DNA from: Ranitomeya imitator
Lineage: Eukaryota
DNA: 64,000 nucleotides
Assembly: GCF_032444005.1 (NCBI RefSeq)
Contig: NC_091290.1
Location: 147,560,001 to 147,624,000 of the forward strand
Reading direction: 5' to 3'
Of the stretch, positions 52,701-63,731 are shown in pieces. The notes under the pieces are model-generated. The model saw only the letters and a list, made by a program, of their open reading frames with translations, was not told where the DNA came from and did not search any database. A program made the position numbers and the translations under genes. The first letter of the stretch is position 1; each line of letters opens with the position of its first letter.

Positions 52701-55700
52701 CGTATTTTACTGATCCGTATTATACGGTGTTCTACGGCCGTAGAAAATCGCATCATGCTGCGTTTGTGACCGTATTGCGCAAAAAATACGCCAATGAAAG
52801 TCTATGGGGGCGAGAAAAATACACACGGACCAGCAGTGTGACTTGTGAGAAATACGCAGCAGTGTTCTATAGAAAAGCCGGCAATTCAGTGCGGTGTACA
52901 GTAAAGTCACACTGACAGGTTAGAATAGAATAGCTAAAATAAATGTCTACACATAGTATAGGGGTGTATATATATATATAGAGAGAGAGAGAGAGATTTA
53001 TATTTCATATAGCGCTAGATAGCAGAAAAGCCGGTAATTCAATTGCCGGCTTTTCATTTCTCCTTCCAAACCCGACATGATATGAGACATGATTACATAC
53101 AGTAAACCATGTCATATCCCCATTTTTTTTTGCATATTCCACACTACTAATGTTAGTAGTGTGTATGTGCAAAATTTGGGCGCTCAAGCTATTAAATTAA
53201 AGGGTTAAATCGTGGAAAAAATTGGCGTGGGCTCCTGCGCAATTTTCTCCGCCAGAATGGTAAAGCCAGTGACTGAGGGCAGATATTAATAGCCTGGAGA
53301 GGGTCCACGGTTATTGCTCCCCCCCTCCCCCCCCTGGCTAAAAAACATCTGCCCCCAGCCACCCCAGAAAAGGCACATCTGTAAGATGCGCCTATTCCGG
53401 CACTTGGCCACTCTCTTCCCATTCCCGTGTAGCGGTGGGATATGGGGTAATGAAGGGTTAATGCCACCTTGGTATTGTAAGGTGACATTAAGCCAGATTA
53501 ATAATAGAGAGGCGTCAATTATGATACCTATCCATTATTAATCCAATTGTATGAAATGGTTAAAAAAACACACACACATTATTACAAAGTCTACCCCAGA
53601 TCGCAGTGCACAGTTCCCCTTTAGGCCGGGGCTCTACATTGGGGTCGACCTGTGATCCTTATCCTTCGCCCTCAGCGCGGCCGGCGTCTTCGTTACTCTG
53701 CTGGAGTATCCCAGGAGCAGAAGGAAGAAGGGCTCGACCATGGAGCGATGGTGAGTGCTCATCCCACAGCGTTATTCCTGTCCTCCCCAAACACGTGCAC
53801 GCTCAGATCGGCCGAGCATGCATGCGTTCTAAATGGGGTGTGAAAACGCATTGATCTGTGCAGAATTCGCTGTCACTGAGGCCTCATCTCTCTGTGCACT
53901 GAGATACTGCTGAGATTCTGCTGCACTGAGTAGGCAGAGCTGCAGTGTAAAGCAGGAGGGACATGGCGCCACACACAGTGCTGTGCTCTAATGGAGGCTG
54001 TTCTTGTATTTGCAGCGGTCAGCAGTGCATGTCGTCAGTGGTGAAAGCGTTCGGACCCCTGACACGGAATTACTACGTCCGCGCCATATTACACGCGGGG
54101 TAAGTACGTCCCGGGGCAAATGTCGCCGCGCCCGATTCTGCCCTCTGCGTCCAGGTATCCATTATTGTATGTGGCATCTGATAATGCGGGATTCTGCACT
54201 TGTCAGCAGCACAGAGTATTTCAGGGGTGGTCACAGCTGATAGTTATAGTGGAGGAGGCAGGTTCTCCAGGAGCACAGAGTATTTCAGAGGTGGTCACAG
54301 GCTGATAGTTATAGTGGAGGGGGCAGGTTCTCCAGGAGCACAGAGTATTTCAGAGGTGGTCACAGGCTGATAGTTATAGTGGAGGGGGCAGGTTCTCCAG
54401 CAGCACAGAGTATTTCAGGGGTGGTCACAGGCTGATAGTTATAGTGGAGGGGGCAGGTTCTCCAGCAGCACAGAGTATTTCAGGGGTGGTCACAGGCTGA
54501 TAGTTATAGTGGAGGGGGCAGGTTCTCCAGGAGCACAGAGTATTTCAGGGGTGGTCTCGCTACACTCATCAGGAGGGCGTTAAACTAGAAGAAGAGGGGA
54601 CGGGAAGAAAAACATTAGACTCGAACAAAGACGACCCAGGAAAACATACTCAGAAGGGAGGTAAGAACATTTCTAAAACAATCCACAGTGAGGAGATTGG
54701 AACAAAACAAAATCCTCTGAACTGCATGCTCGCAAACGCCAGAAGCCTGACAAACAAGATGGAAGAACTAGAAGCAGAAATATCTACAGGTAACTTTGAC
54801 ATAGTGGGAATAACCGAGACATGGTTAGATGAAAGCTATGACTGGGCAGTTAACTTACAGGGTTACAGTCTGTTTAGAAAGGATCGTAAAAATTGGAGAG
54901 GAGGAGGGGTTTGTCTCTATGTAAAGTCTTGTCTAAAGTCCACTTTAAGGGAGGATATTAGCGAAGGGAATGAGGATGTCGAGTCCATATGGGTTGAAAT
55001 TCATGGAGGGAAAAATGGTAACAAAATTCTCATTGGGGTCTGTTACAAACCCCCAAATATAACAGAAAGCATGGAAAGTCTACTTCTAAAGCAGATAGAT
55101 GAAGCTGCAACCCATAATGAGGTCCTGGTTATGGGGGACTTTAACTACCCGGATATTAACTGGGAAACAGAAACCTGTGAAACCCATAAAGGCAACAGGT
55201 TTCTGCTAATAACCAAGAAAAATTATCTTTCACAATTGGTGCAGAATCCAACCAGAGGAGCAGCACTTTTAGACCTAATACTATCTAACAGACCTGACAG
55301 AATAACAAATCTGCAGGTGGTTGGGCATTTAGGAAATAGCGACCACAATATTGTGCAGTTTCACCTGTCTTTCACTAGGGGGACTTGTCAGGGAGTCACA
55401 AAATCATTGAACTTTAGGAAGGCAAAGTTTGACCAGCTTAGAGATGCCCTTAATCTGGTAGACTGGGACAATATCCTCAGAAATAAGAATACAGATAATA
55501 AATGGAAAATGTTTAAGAACATCCTAAATAGGCAGTGTAAGCGGTTTATACCTTGTGGGAATAAAAGGACTAGAAATAGGAAAAATCCAATGTGGCTAAA
55601 CAAAGAAGTAAGACAGGCAATTAATAGTAAAAAGAAAGCATTTGCACTACTAAAGCAGGATGGCACCATTGAAGCTCTAAAAAACTATAGGGAGAAAAAT

Positions 55701-58632
55701 ACTTTATCTAAAAAACTAATTAAAGCTGCCAAAAAGGAAACAGAGAAGCACATTGCTAAGGAGAGTAAAACTAATCCCAAACTGTTCTTCAACTATATCA
55801 ATAGTAAAAGAATAAAAACTGAAAATGTAGGCCCCTTAAAAAATAGTGAGGAAAGAATGGTTGTAGATGACGAGGAAAAAGCTAACATATTAAACACCTT
55901 CTTCTCCACGGTATTCACGGTGGAAAATGAAATGCTAGGTGAAATCCCAAGAAACAATGAAAACCCTATATTAAGGGTCACCAATCTAACCCAAGAAGAG
56001 GTGCGAAACCGGCTAAATAAGATTAAAATAGATAAATCTCCGGGTCCGGATGGCATACACCCACGAGTACTAAGAGAACTAAGTAATGTAATAGATAAAC
56101 CATTATTTCTTATTTTTAGGGACTCTATAGCGACAGGGTCTGTTCCGCAGGACTGGCGCATAGCAAATGTGGTGCCAATATTCAAAAAGGGCTCTAAAAG
56201 TGAACCTGGAAATTATAGGCCAGTAAGTCTAACCTCTATTGTTGGTAAAATATTTGAAGGGTTTCTGAGGAATGTTATTCTGGATTATCTCAAAGAGAAT
56301 AACTGTTTAACTCCATATCAGCATGGGTTTATGAGAAATCGCTCCTGTCAAACCAATCTAATCAGTTTTTATGAAGAGGTAAGCTATAGACTGGACCACG
56401 GTGAGTCATTGGACGTGGTATATCTCGATTTTTCCAAAGCGTTTGATACCGTGCCGCACAAGAGGTTGGTACACAAAATGAGAATGCTTGGTCTGGGGGA
56501 AAATGTGTGTAAATGGGTTAGTAACTGGCTTAGTGATAGAAAGCAGAGGGTGGTTATAAATGGTATAGTCTCTAACTGGGTCGCTGTGACCAGTGGGGTA
56601 CCGCAGGGGTCAGTATTGGGACCTGTTCTCTTCAACATATTCATTAATGATCTGGTAGAAGGTTTACACAGTAAAATATCGATATTTGCAGATGATACAA
56701 AACTATGTAAAGCAGTTAATACAAGAGAAGATAGTATTCTGCTACAGATGGATCTGGATAAGTTGGAAACTTGGGCTGAAAGGTGGCAGATGAGGTTTAA
56801 CAATGATAAATGTAAGGTTATACACATGGGAAGAGGGAATCAATATCACCATTACACACTGAACGGGAAACCACTGGGTAAATCTGACAGGGAGAAGGAC
56901 TTGGGGATCCTAGTTAATGATAAACTTACCTGGAGCAGCCAGTGCCAGGCAGCAGCTGCCAAGGCAAACAGGATCATGGGGTGCATTAAAAGAGGTCTGG
57001 ATACACATGATGAGAGCATTATACTGCCTCTGTACAAATCCCTAGTTAGACCGCACATGGAGTACTGTGTCCAGTTTTGGGCACCGGTGTTCAGGAAGGA
57101 TATAATGGAACTAGAGAGAGTACAAAGGAGGGCAACAAAATTAATAAAGGGGATGGGAGAACTACAATACCCAGATAGATTAGCGAAATTAGGATTATTT
57201 AGTCTAGAAAAAAGACGACTGAGGGGCGATCTAATAACCATGTATAAGTATATAAGGGGACAATACAAATATCTCGCTGAGGATCTGTTTATACCAAGGA
57301 AGGTGACGGGCACAAGGGGGCATTCTTTGCGTCTGGAAGAGAGAAGGTTTTTCCACCAACATAGAAGAGGATTCTTTACTGTTAGGGCAGTGAGAATCTG
57401 GAATTGCTTGCCTGAGGAGGTGGTGATGGCGAACTCAGTCGAGGGGTTCAAGAGAGGCCTGGATGTCTTCCTGGAGCAGAACAATATTGTATCATACAAT
57501 TATTAGGTTCTGTAGAAGGACGTAGATCTGGGGATTTATTATAATGGAATATAGGCTGAACTGGATGGACAAATGTCTTTTTTCGGCCTTACTAACTATG
57601 TCACAGGGTGATAGTTATAGTGGATGGGGCAGGTTCTCCAGCAGCACAGAGTATTTCAGGGGTGGTCACAGGCTGATAGTTGTAGTGGAGGGGGCAGGTT
57701 CTCCAGGAGCACAGAGTATTTCAGGGGTGGTCACAGGGTGATAGTTATAGTGGAGGGGGCAGGTTCTCCAGGAGAACAGAGTATTTCAGGGGTGGTGTCA
57801 GGCTGATAGTTATAGTGGAGGGGGCAGGTTCTCCAGCAGCACAGAGTATTTCAGGGGTGGTCACAGGCTGATAGTTGTAGTGGAGGGGGCAGGTTCTCCA
57901 GCAGCACAGAGTATTTCAGGGGTGGTCACAGGGTGATAGTTACAGTGGAGGGGGCAGGTTCTCCAGCAGCACAGAGTATTTCAGGGGTGGTCACAGGGTG
58001 ATAGTTACAGTGGAGGGGGCAGGTTCTCCAGCAGCACAGAGTATTTTAGGAGCGGACTGTGCTGATCTGCGGGCGGACAGGGTGCGGGGGTATTATGGAG
58101 GGTACTTATATACTGTGAGATTACGTGCTGTGACCCCCGGTTCTCTTTGGTCGCACAGGTTGGCAGTACCCGGGGGCTTCATCCTGGCCACCATCCTGGG
58201 CACGGTGTGTCTGGGCATCGCAGCCATCATCTATCTCCTGGTGAGTATCCCACCTGTAACCCTTTCATGGAGGTATAATGGGGTCTTCTGCTCCGGGACC
58301 CCTCTCTATATCTCTGTGACGAGGGGGTGCATACCGTGAGTGCCCCCTACAGGGTAGTGATGTGTCATGTGAGGGGGACTGGCTGTGGACCCCCTATCAT
58401 AGGGTCTGTAATGTATTCTGGGACACTGACGTCTTCTCTCCGGGGTCTCTAGGCTGCGATACGTGGAGAGGAATGGCGGCCCATCGAACCACAGGCGCCG
58501 CCTAAGCTGAAAGTGGCCGAGACCATCAAGCGTCCCCCGGAGAACCCCCCACCCCGTCCTCCTCCGGAGGTGCGCAGGAAGCAGGCGGACGAGGGACACG
58601 TGAACCCCATCCCCGTCCAGGATGAAGTATGA
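46735..58632 (+). CDS. CYBA: Cytochrome b-245 light chain (p22phox), complete, 182 aa: join 46735..46792, 50918..50987, 53676..53750, 54016..54099, 58159..58240, 58453..58632
   Basis: Translation [136 protein letters not shown]...[21 protein letters not shown]...[10 protein letters not shown]. It retains His94 and the PPPRPP p47phox-SH3 docking motif. Exons of 58/70/75/84/82/180 nt have consistent phases. Confidence 0.97.
46860..47170. repeat. Repeat of about 62 bp (GCAGTCCTATGTAACACCACAG...GATAATGTAGTAGATGTCACCT)
   Basis: About 5 copies in CYBA intron 1. Confidence 0.85.
47431..49237 (-). mobile_element. Decayed Tc1/mariner transposon in CYBA intron 1, interrupted by a 35-bp minisatellite
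   Basis: TIR pair GAAAAAGTCTTCATACCC (about 47435) / GGGTATGAATACTTTTTC (about 49213). DDE fragment [39 protein letters not shown] at 48797-48988. Confidence 0.8.
47645..48545. repeat. 35-bp minisatellite inside a Tc1 copy (CCACCTTTCTCTGCAGTCTTTTGGGGTCTGTCTCT)
   Basis: About 26 copies. Confidence 0.95.
49555..50515. repeat. Minisatellite of about 34 bp (GCAGCCTCTGTGGTGTGTGCAGTCCGCTCCGGCT)
   Basis: Direct tandem array. Confidence 0.95.
50918..50987 (+). CDS. CYBA: CYBA exon 2
   Basis: [22 protein letters not shown]; donor AT|GTATCCTTT. Confidence 0.95.
51400..52290. repeat. 32-39 bp minisatellite (GAGCATTATAAGATTACCGGAGGTTCTGTGCC), CYBA intron 2
   Basis: Direct tandem array. Confidence 0.95.
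52481..52920. mobile_element. Two adjacent or nested PIF/Harbinger-like MITE ends
   Basis: TAA|GGCTGCCGTCACACT at 52481 and TAA|GGCCGGCGTCACACT at 52601; matching right-hand TIRs were not found. Confidence 0.4.
53676..53750 (+). CDS. CYBA: CYBA exon 3
   Basis: [24 protein letters not shown]; AG/GT bounded. Confidence 0.95.
54016..54099 (+). CDS. CYBA: CYBA exon 4
   Basis: [27 protein letters not shown]; AG/GT bounded. Confidence 0.95.
54557..57600 (+). mobile_element. CR1-clade LINE, 5'-truncated, in CYBA intron 4
   Basis: Begins with the last codons of ORF1 (ATLIRRALN*), carries a full ORF2 and ends in a CR1-type 3' UTR (...GGCTGAACTGGATGGAC...TACTAACTATG). It interrupts a 65-bp minisatellite unit at GGTG-GTC-ACAGG. 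Confidence 0.93.
54726..57506 (+). CDS. CR1 ORF2: AP endonuclease plus reverse transcriptase, 926 aa, uninterrupted
   Basis: Endonuclease motifs [18 protein letters not shown] and SDH; RT motifs [29 protein letters not shown] and FADDTK; C-terminal [10 protein letters not shown] and TRGHSLRL typical of CR1. Confidence 0.95.
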   Translation: MLANARSLTNKMEELEAEISTGNFDIVGITETWLDESYDWAVNLQGYSLFRKDRKNWRGGGVCLYVKSCLKSTLREDISEGNEDVESIWVEIHGGKNGNKILIGVCYKPPNITESMESLLLKQIDEAATHNEVLVMGDFNYPDINWETETCETHKGNRFLLITKKNYLSQLVQNPTRGAALLDLILSNRPDRITNLQVVGHLGNSDHNIVQFHLSFTRGTCQGVTKSLNFRKAKFDQLRDALNLVDWDNILRNKNTDNKWKMFKNILNRQCKRFIPCGNKRTRNRKNPMWLNKEVRQAINSKKKAFALLKQDGTIEALKNYREKNTLSKKLIKAAKKETEKHIAKESKTNPKLFFNYINSKRIKTENVGPLKNSEERMVVDDEEKANILNTFFSTVFTVENEMLGEIPRNNENPILRVTNLTQEEVRNRLNKIKIDKSPGPDGIHPRVLRELSNVIDKPLFLIFRDSIATGSVPQDWRIANVVPIFKKGSKSEPGNYRPVSLTSIVGKIFEGFLRNVILDYLKENNCLTPYQHGFMRNRSCQTNLISFYEEVSYRLDHGESLDVVYLDFSKAFDTVPHKRLVHKMRMLGLGENVCKWVSNWLSDRKQRVVINGIVSNWVAVTSGVPQGSVLGPVLFNIFINDLVEGLHSKISIFADDTKLCKAVNTREDSILLQMDLDKLETWAERWQMRFNNDKCKVIHMGRGNQYHHYTLNGKPLGKSDREKDLGILVNDKLTWSSQCQAAAAKANRIMGCIKRGLDTHDESIILPLYKSLVRPHMEYCVQFWAPVFRKDIMELERVQRRATKLIKGMGELQYPDRLAKLGLFSLEKRRLRGDLITMYKYIRGQYKYLAEDLFIPRKVTGTRGHSLRLEERRFFHQHRRGFFTVRAVRIWNCLPEEVVMANSVEGFKRGLDVFLEQNNIVSYNY
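58159..58240 (+). CDS. CYBA: CYBA exon 5
   Basis: [27 protein letters not shown]; AG/GT bounded. Confidence 0.95.
58453..58632 (+). CDS. CYBA: CYBA exon 6
   Basis: [13 protein letters not shown]...[11 protein letters not shown]...[10 protein letters not shown] after acceptor ctctag|. Confidence 0.95.
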   Translation, partial: AAIRGEEWRPIEPQAPPKLKVAETIKRPPENPPPRPPPEVRRKQADEGHVNPIPVQDEV

Positions 58633-59046
58633 CGCCGTCCACCTATGGGACGATGACCTGAGCGGACGCTTCCCGGACCCCCGCTCTCCGCGCTGCCTTG
58701 TCTGCCATTACATGTTCGCTCCGGGGGTCAGAGACTGGATCTGCCGGAAACCGATGAAGAATTTGACCCTTTCCTCCCCAGTGTTCAGAGCGTCCGTATC
58801 TGTCATTTTACTATTGCTGATATTTAAAGGGACATTTAATGGGAAACTTCTATGGGACTTATTCCTTGTGGTGTCCCAGGGCATTAATAGTCTCCAGCCT
58901 GTGTCTCTCGTCGGTTGTGGAACTACAACTCCCAGCAGAAAGGTATCTGTGTGTTATGGCTACCTAGTATTATTGGACTGTTACTCCCTTCCCCCGCACA
59001 CTTCGAATAGCGAATAGATATAATTTATAGCTTTCCTAATGTCCCC

Positions 59047-59052
59047 AATAAA
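59047..59052 (+). terminator. Candidate CYBA polyadenylation signal
   Basis: AATAAA about 415 nt after the stop codon. Confidence 0.55.
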
Positions 59053-59377
59053 GCTTTGTACCAGCTGTATCATACGGCTGCGGTGTCTGCGAAGAGAAGA
59101 CTGGTATGAAATAAATCCGAAAGTGTTAGAAAACGGCCGGAGAGGGAACCAGTGTCTTACTGGGCTCCCACATAAACCAGCACAGAAAAAAGATCCAAGA
59201 ATTACGAGCCTCCTCTGAGCGAGCTCACTGACCGAGCCTCAGTTAACTCACTCTCTAGCTCTTAATGTGCAGGGAAACAAAGGCCGGAAAAGACAAATGG
59301 TGAAAAACTGGTAACGGAGCGTAAAGACTGGAATTTATTTTAGCCCAAAATACATGTAATTAAGTAGAAGTAACGTA

Positions 59378-59530
59378 CAGTATATCACAAAGTGAGTACA
59401 CCCCTAACCTTTATGTAAGTATTTTATTGTATCTTTTCCTGGTACAACACTGAAGATCTGACTGTGACACAATGTTCAGTAGTCAGTGTCAATGTGCTGG
59501 CAACATAAGTGAGTGCACCCCTAAGATAAC
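59378..59530. mobile_element. Tc1-like terminal remnant
   Basis: AAGTGAGTACACCCCT occurs twice (about 59390 and 59507), resembling the IR/DR repeats of Tc1 ends. Confidence 0.35.
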
Positions 59531-59629
59531 AGTAGGGTCATCCACAGGACCCCCCCATAACATTTACGACCATACTGACCCCACAATGGTGTCATCCAAT
59601 AGGACCCCCATTACAATGCCTACCATTGG

Positions 59630-60725
59630 GACCCCACAGTACTGTCAGCTGCAGGAACCCCATGACACTGTCCGCTATAGTGACCCCACAGTACTGTCAG
59701 CCGCAGGAACCCCATGACACTGTCCGCTATAGTGACCCCACAGTACTGTCAACCGCAGGAACCCCATGACACTGTCCGCCATAGTGACCCCACATTGCTG
59801 TCAACCGCAGGAACCCCATGACACTGTCCGCCATAGTGACCCCACATTGCTGTCAACCGCAGGAACCCCATGACACTGTCCGCCATAGTGACCCCACATT
59901 GCTGTCAACCGCAGGAACCCCATGACACTGTCCGCCATAGTGACCCCACAGTACTGTCAGCCGCAGGAACCCCATGACACTGTCCGCCATAGTGACCCCA
60001 CAGTGCTGTCAGCCGCAGGAACCCCATGACACTGTCCGCCATAGTGACCCCACAGTGCTGTCAACCGCAGGAACCCCATGACACTGTCCGCCATAGTGAC
60101 CCCACAGTACTGTCAGCCGCAGGAACCCCATGACACTGTCCGCCATAGTGACCCCACAGTGCTGTCAGCCGCAGGAACCCCATGACACTGTCCGCCATAG
60201 TGACCCCACAGTGCTGTCAGCCGCAGGAACCCCATGACACTGTCCGCCATAGTGACCCCACAGTGCTGTCAGCCGCAGGAACCCCATGACACTGTCCGCC
60301 ATAGTGACCCCACATTGCTGTCAGCCGAAGGAACCCCATGACACTGTCCGCCATAGTGACCCCACATTGCTGTCAGCCGCAGGAACCCCATGACACTGTC
60401 CGCCATAGTGACCCCACAGTGCTGTCAGCCGCAGGTACCCCATGACACTGTCCGCCATAGTGACCCCACAGTGCTGTCAGCCGCAGGAACCCCATGACAC
60501 TGTCCGCCATAGTGACCCCACATTGCTGTCAGCCGCAGGAACCCCATGACACTGTCCGCCATAGTGACCCCACATTGCTGTCAGCCGCAGGAACCCCATG
60601 ACACTGTCCGCCATAGTGACCCCACAGTACTGTCAGCCGCAGGAACCCCATGACACTGTCCGCCATAGTGACCCAACAGTACTGTCAGCCGCAGGACTCC
60701 ATGACCCTGTCCGCCATAGTGACCC
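59630..60725. repeat. 52-bp minisatellite, about 21 copies (GCAGGAACCCCATGACACTGTCCGCCATAGTGACCCCACAGTGCTGTCAGCC)
   Basis: Direct tandem array. Confidence 0.95.
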
Positions 60726-62612
60726 CACAATAGTTTCATCCGCAGTGTCCCAATAACAGTGACCTCCATTAACAATAACGGATCCATCCCCTTCGCTATT
60801 TAAAGTTTGGCTCAGACAGGTATTTGTTGGCGCCAGCGTATATAAGGATCGGTTATCATATTTGTACCGATATCTCTGGGCAGTGGAAGGTAACGTGCGC
60901 TTGTTCTCTGACCGATGGGGATGGAGTCTGATTGGCAATGACAGAAGGGAAGAATGGAAATCAGCTCTCTGCCAGAAGGAACAAAACTCCATAGTGCCAC
61001 CAAGTGGAAGAGAACGAGTCTGCAGGCCAGAATCTAACCTTACACAGTAGTGGAAAGTGTGGTATCGCCACCAGCTGGAAGAGGAGAGGTATAACAGGCC
61101 TAAGCATTGGGTCTCTGATGGGTGGCAGCGCTAGAGCCACATCCAAGCATTAGGGGTCAGAAACCACTGCAGCCAGTCACTGTTACTGCAGACTCCCAAT
61201 GTACCGATGGCTCACCCCAGGAATATAATAAAGGGGGCCCCGTAGAAAAGAGTACAGCGTGGCCCTGCTCATGTACCCATGAGTGATACTGTAATCCACG
61301 GAGCTATCATTAAAGGGTCCAGTCACCAGGTACGGACTGGGGCTGAAATTCAGTCCTGGCATTTGTAATCACACAGGCCCATGTTGTCCCCGTCCCCTTG
61401 ATCCAGATGAGATATATCACTAATGTTACCCTGGATGGAGGAAAGGAAGATTATCTACAAGACCAATATTTCTAATGATACCGTGGCTGCTGGGGTAAGT
61501 GACAGTCGGCAACTGTGTGCTCCATCACAGCTCTTAAATTGGAGAAACTCAAAAGGCACAAATATTTATAAATCACTCACACTACTCAGATATATATATA
61601 TATACACACGTGTGTGTCTTCCCAAAAATGGATAAATTATCGTGCCAAAGAAGAAAGAAGTGGAACCCATTCCAACATGTATGAACAACAACACATTCAG
61701 AGCAACGGATAAACAGGGGACCCAGGCAAGAAAATATATTCTTGTATATAGGAGCAGTATTATAGTAGTTATATTCATGTACATAGGGGCAGTATTATGG
61801 TAGTTATATTCATGTACATAGGGGCAGTATTATAGTAGTTATATTCTTGTACATAGGAGCAGTATTATAGTAGTTATATTCTTGTACATAGGAGCAGTAT
61901 TATAGTAGTTATATTCATGTACATAGGGGCAGTATTATAGTAGTTATATTCTTGTACATAGGAGCAGTATTATAGTAGTTATATTCATGTACATAGGGGC
62001 AGTATTATAGTAGTTATATTCTTGTACATAGGGGCAGTATTATAGTAGTTATATTCATGTACATAGGGGCAGTATTATGGTAGTTATATTCTTGTACATA
62101 GGGGGCAGTATTATAGTAGTTATATTCTTGTTTATAGGAGCAGTATTATAGTAGTTATATTCTTGTACATAGGGGCAGTATTATAGTAGTTATATTCTTG
62201 TACATAGGAGCAGTATTATAGTAGTTATATTCTTGTACATGGGGCAGTATTATAGTAGTTATATTCTTGTACATAGGGGCAGTATTATAGTAGTTATATT
62301 CTTGTACATAGGGGCAGTATTATAGTAGTTATATTCTTGTACATAGGGGCAGTATTATAGTAGTTATATTCTTGTACATAGGGGCAGTATTATAGTAGTG
62401 ATATTCTTGTATATAGGAGCAGTATTATAGTAGTTATATTCTTGTACATAGAGGGCAGTATTATAGTAGTTATATTCTTGTACATAGGAGCAGTATTATA
62501 GTAGTTATATTCTTGTACATAGGAGCAGTATTATAGTAGTTATATTCTTGTACATAGGAGCAGTATTATAGTAGTTATATTCTTGTACATAGGAGCAGTA
62601 TTATAGTAGTTA

Positions 62613-63731
62613 CTAGCTATTGAACCCGTTCTACGCCCGGGTGGCGAGCATTTATATTGGTATATTGTCTCCATCCTGGTATGTGCTGCTCCATCCTGCG
62701 TTCCCCTTCCTGTCATGTGCTGCACCCATCCTGCGTCCCCATCCTGTCATGCGCTGCTCCCATCCTGCGTCCCCATCCTGTCATGCGCTGCTCCATCCTG
62801 CGTCCCCATCCTGTCATGCGCTGCTCCCATCCTGCGTCCCCATCCTGTCATGCGCTGCTCCATCCTGCGTCCCCATCCTGTCATGCGCTGCTCCATCCTG
62901 CGTCCCCATCCTGTCATGCGCTGCTCCCATCCTGCGTCCCCATCCTGTCATGTGCTGCTCCCATCCTGCGTCCCCATCCTTATGTGCTGCTCCATCCTGC
63001 GTCCCCATCCTTATGTGCTGCTCCATCCTGCGTCCCCATCCTGTCATGCGCTGCTCCCATCCTGCGTCCCCATCCTGTCATGCGCTGCTCCATCCTGCGT
63101 CCCCATCCTTATGTGCTGCTCCATCCTGCGTCCCCATCCTGCTGCTCCATCCCGTGTCCCCATCCTGCTGCTCCATCCCGTGTCCCCATCCTGCTGCTCC
63201 ATCCCGTGTCCCCATCCTGCTGCTCCATCCCGTGTCCCCATACTGCCTCTGACCCGCTCGGCGCCGAGTGCTGGGGGGCCTGAGCAGGCGGGGACACCGG
63301 CGCGCTGTGGGGGTCAGGTGCCGGTATCGCCGCCAGCTCAGGCCCCCCAGCACTTACTATATTCACCTGTCCCCGTTCCATCGCTGAGCGGCGCCATCTT
63401 CCCGGTCTCCTCGGCCTGTGACTTTTCAGTCAGAGGGCGGCGCCGGCGCGCATGCGCGTCATCGCGCCCTCTGAACTGAAGGCCACAGGCCGAGGAGACC
63501 GGGAAGATGGCGCCGCTCAGCGATGGAACGGGGACAGGTGAATATGTCCGATACTCACCCTCCTGGCGGTCCCTGCTTCTGCGGGGGAGATCGCGGTGTG
63601 CGTTCAGTGTGAACGCACACCGCGATTTCCCGGGAGCGTCGCTCTGTGAGGCCCAGACTGCGCCGGCGCTTGCGCTTGCGCAGTCTATCGAGGCTTCGGA
63701 CAGAGTGACGCTCCCAGCGTTATATTATAGA
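62613..63731 (-). mobile_element. Non-autonomous Helitron (1119 bp)
   Basis: On the minus strand it reads 5'-TC...CTAG-3' and sits between host A and T. Removing it restores the minisatellite unit TTATAGTAGTTA|TATTCTTGT with no TSD. A GC hairpin ACCCG/CGGGT (62624-62642) lies 11 nt from the CTAG end. No RepHel ORF. Confidence 0.85.
62680..63240. repeat. Minisatellite inside the Helitron (CCATCCTGCGTCCCCATCCTGTCATGCGCTGCT)
   Basis: Tandem array of about 32-33 bp, shortening to about 23-bp units. Confidence 0.9.

Larger units (their letters stand above)
50988..53675 (+). other. Probable U12-type (minor spliceosome) GT-AG intron, CYBA intron 2
   Basis: 5' splice site GTATCCTTT; branch-like TCCTTATC at 53656-53663, 12 nt before the AG. 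Confidence 0.75.
54205..58050. repeat. 65-bp minisatellite split by the CR1 (54205-54556 and 57601-58050)
   Basis: Unit AGCACAGAGTATTTCAGGGGTGGTCACAGGCTGATAGTTATAGTGGAGGGGGCAGGTTCTCC occurs on both sides of the LINE. Confidence 0.93.

Noticed and set aside
59100-61700. IL17C, expected downstream of CYBA from human synteny
   Set aside because: No IL-17 cystine-knot motifs (such as CTCV) were found in the frames examined; the gene may lie beyond the window.
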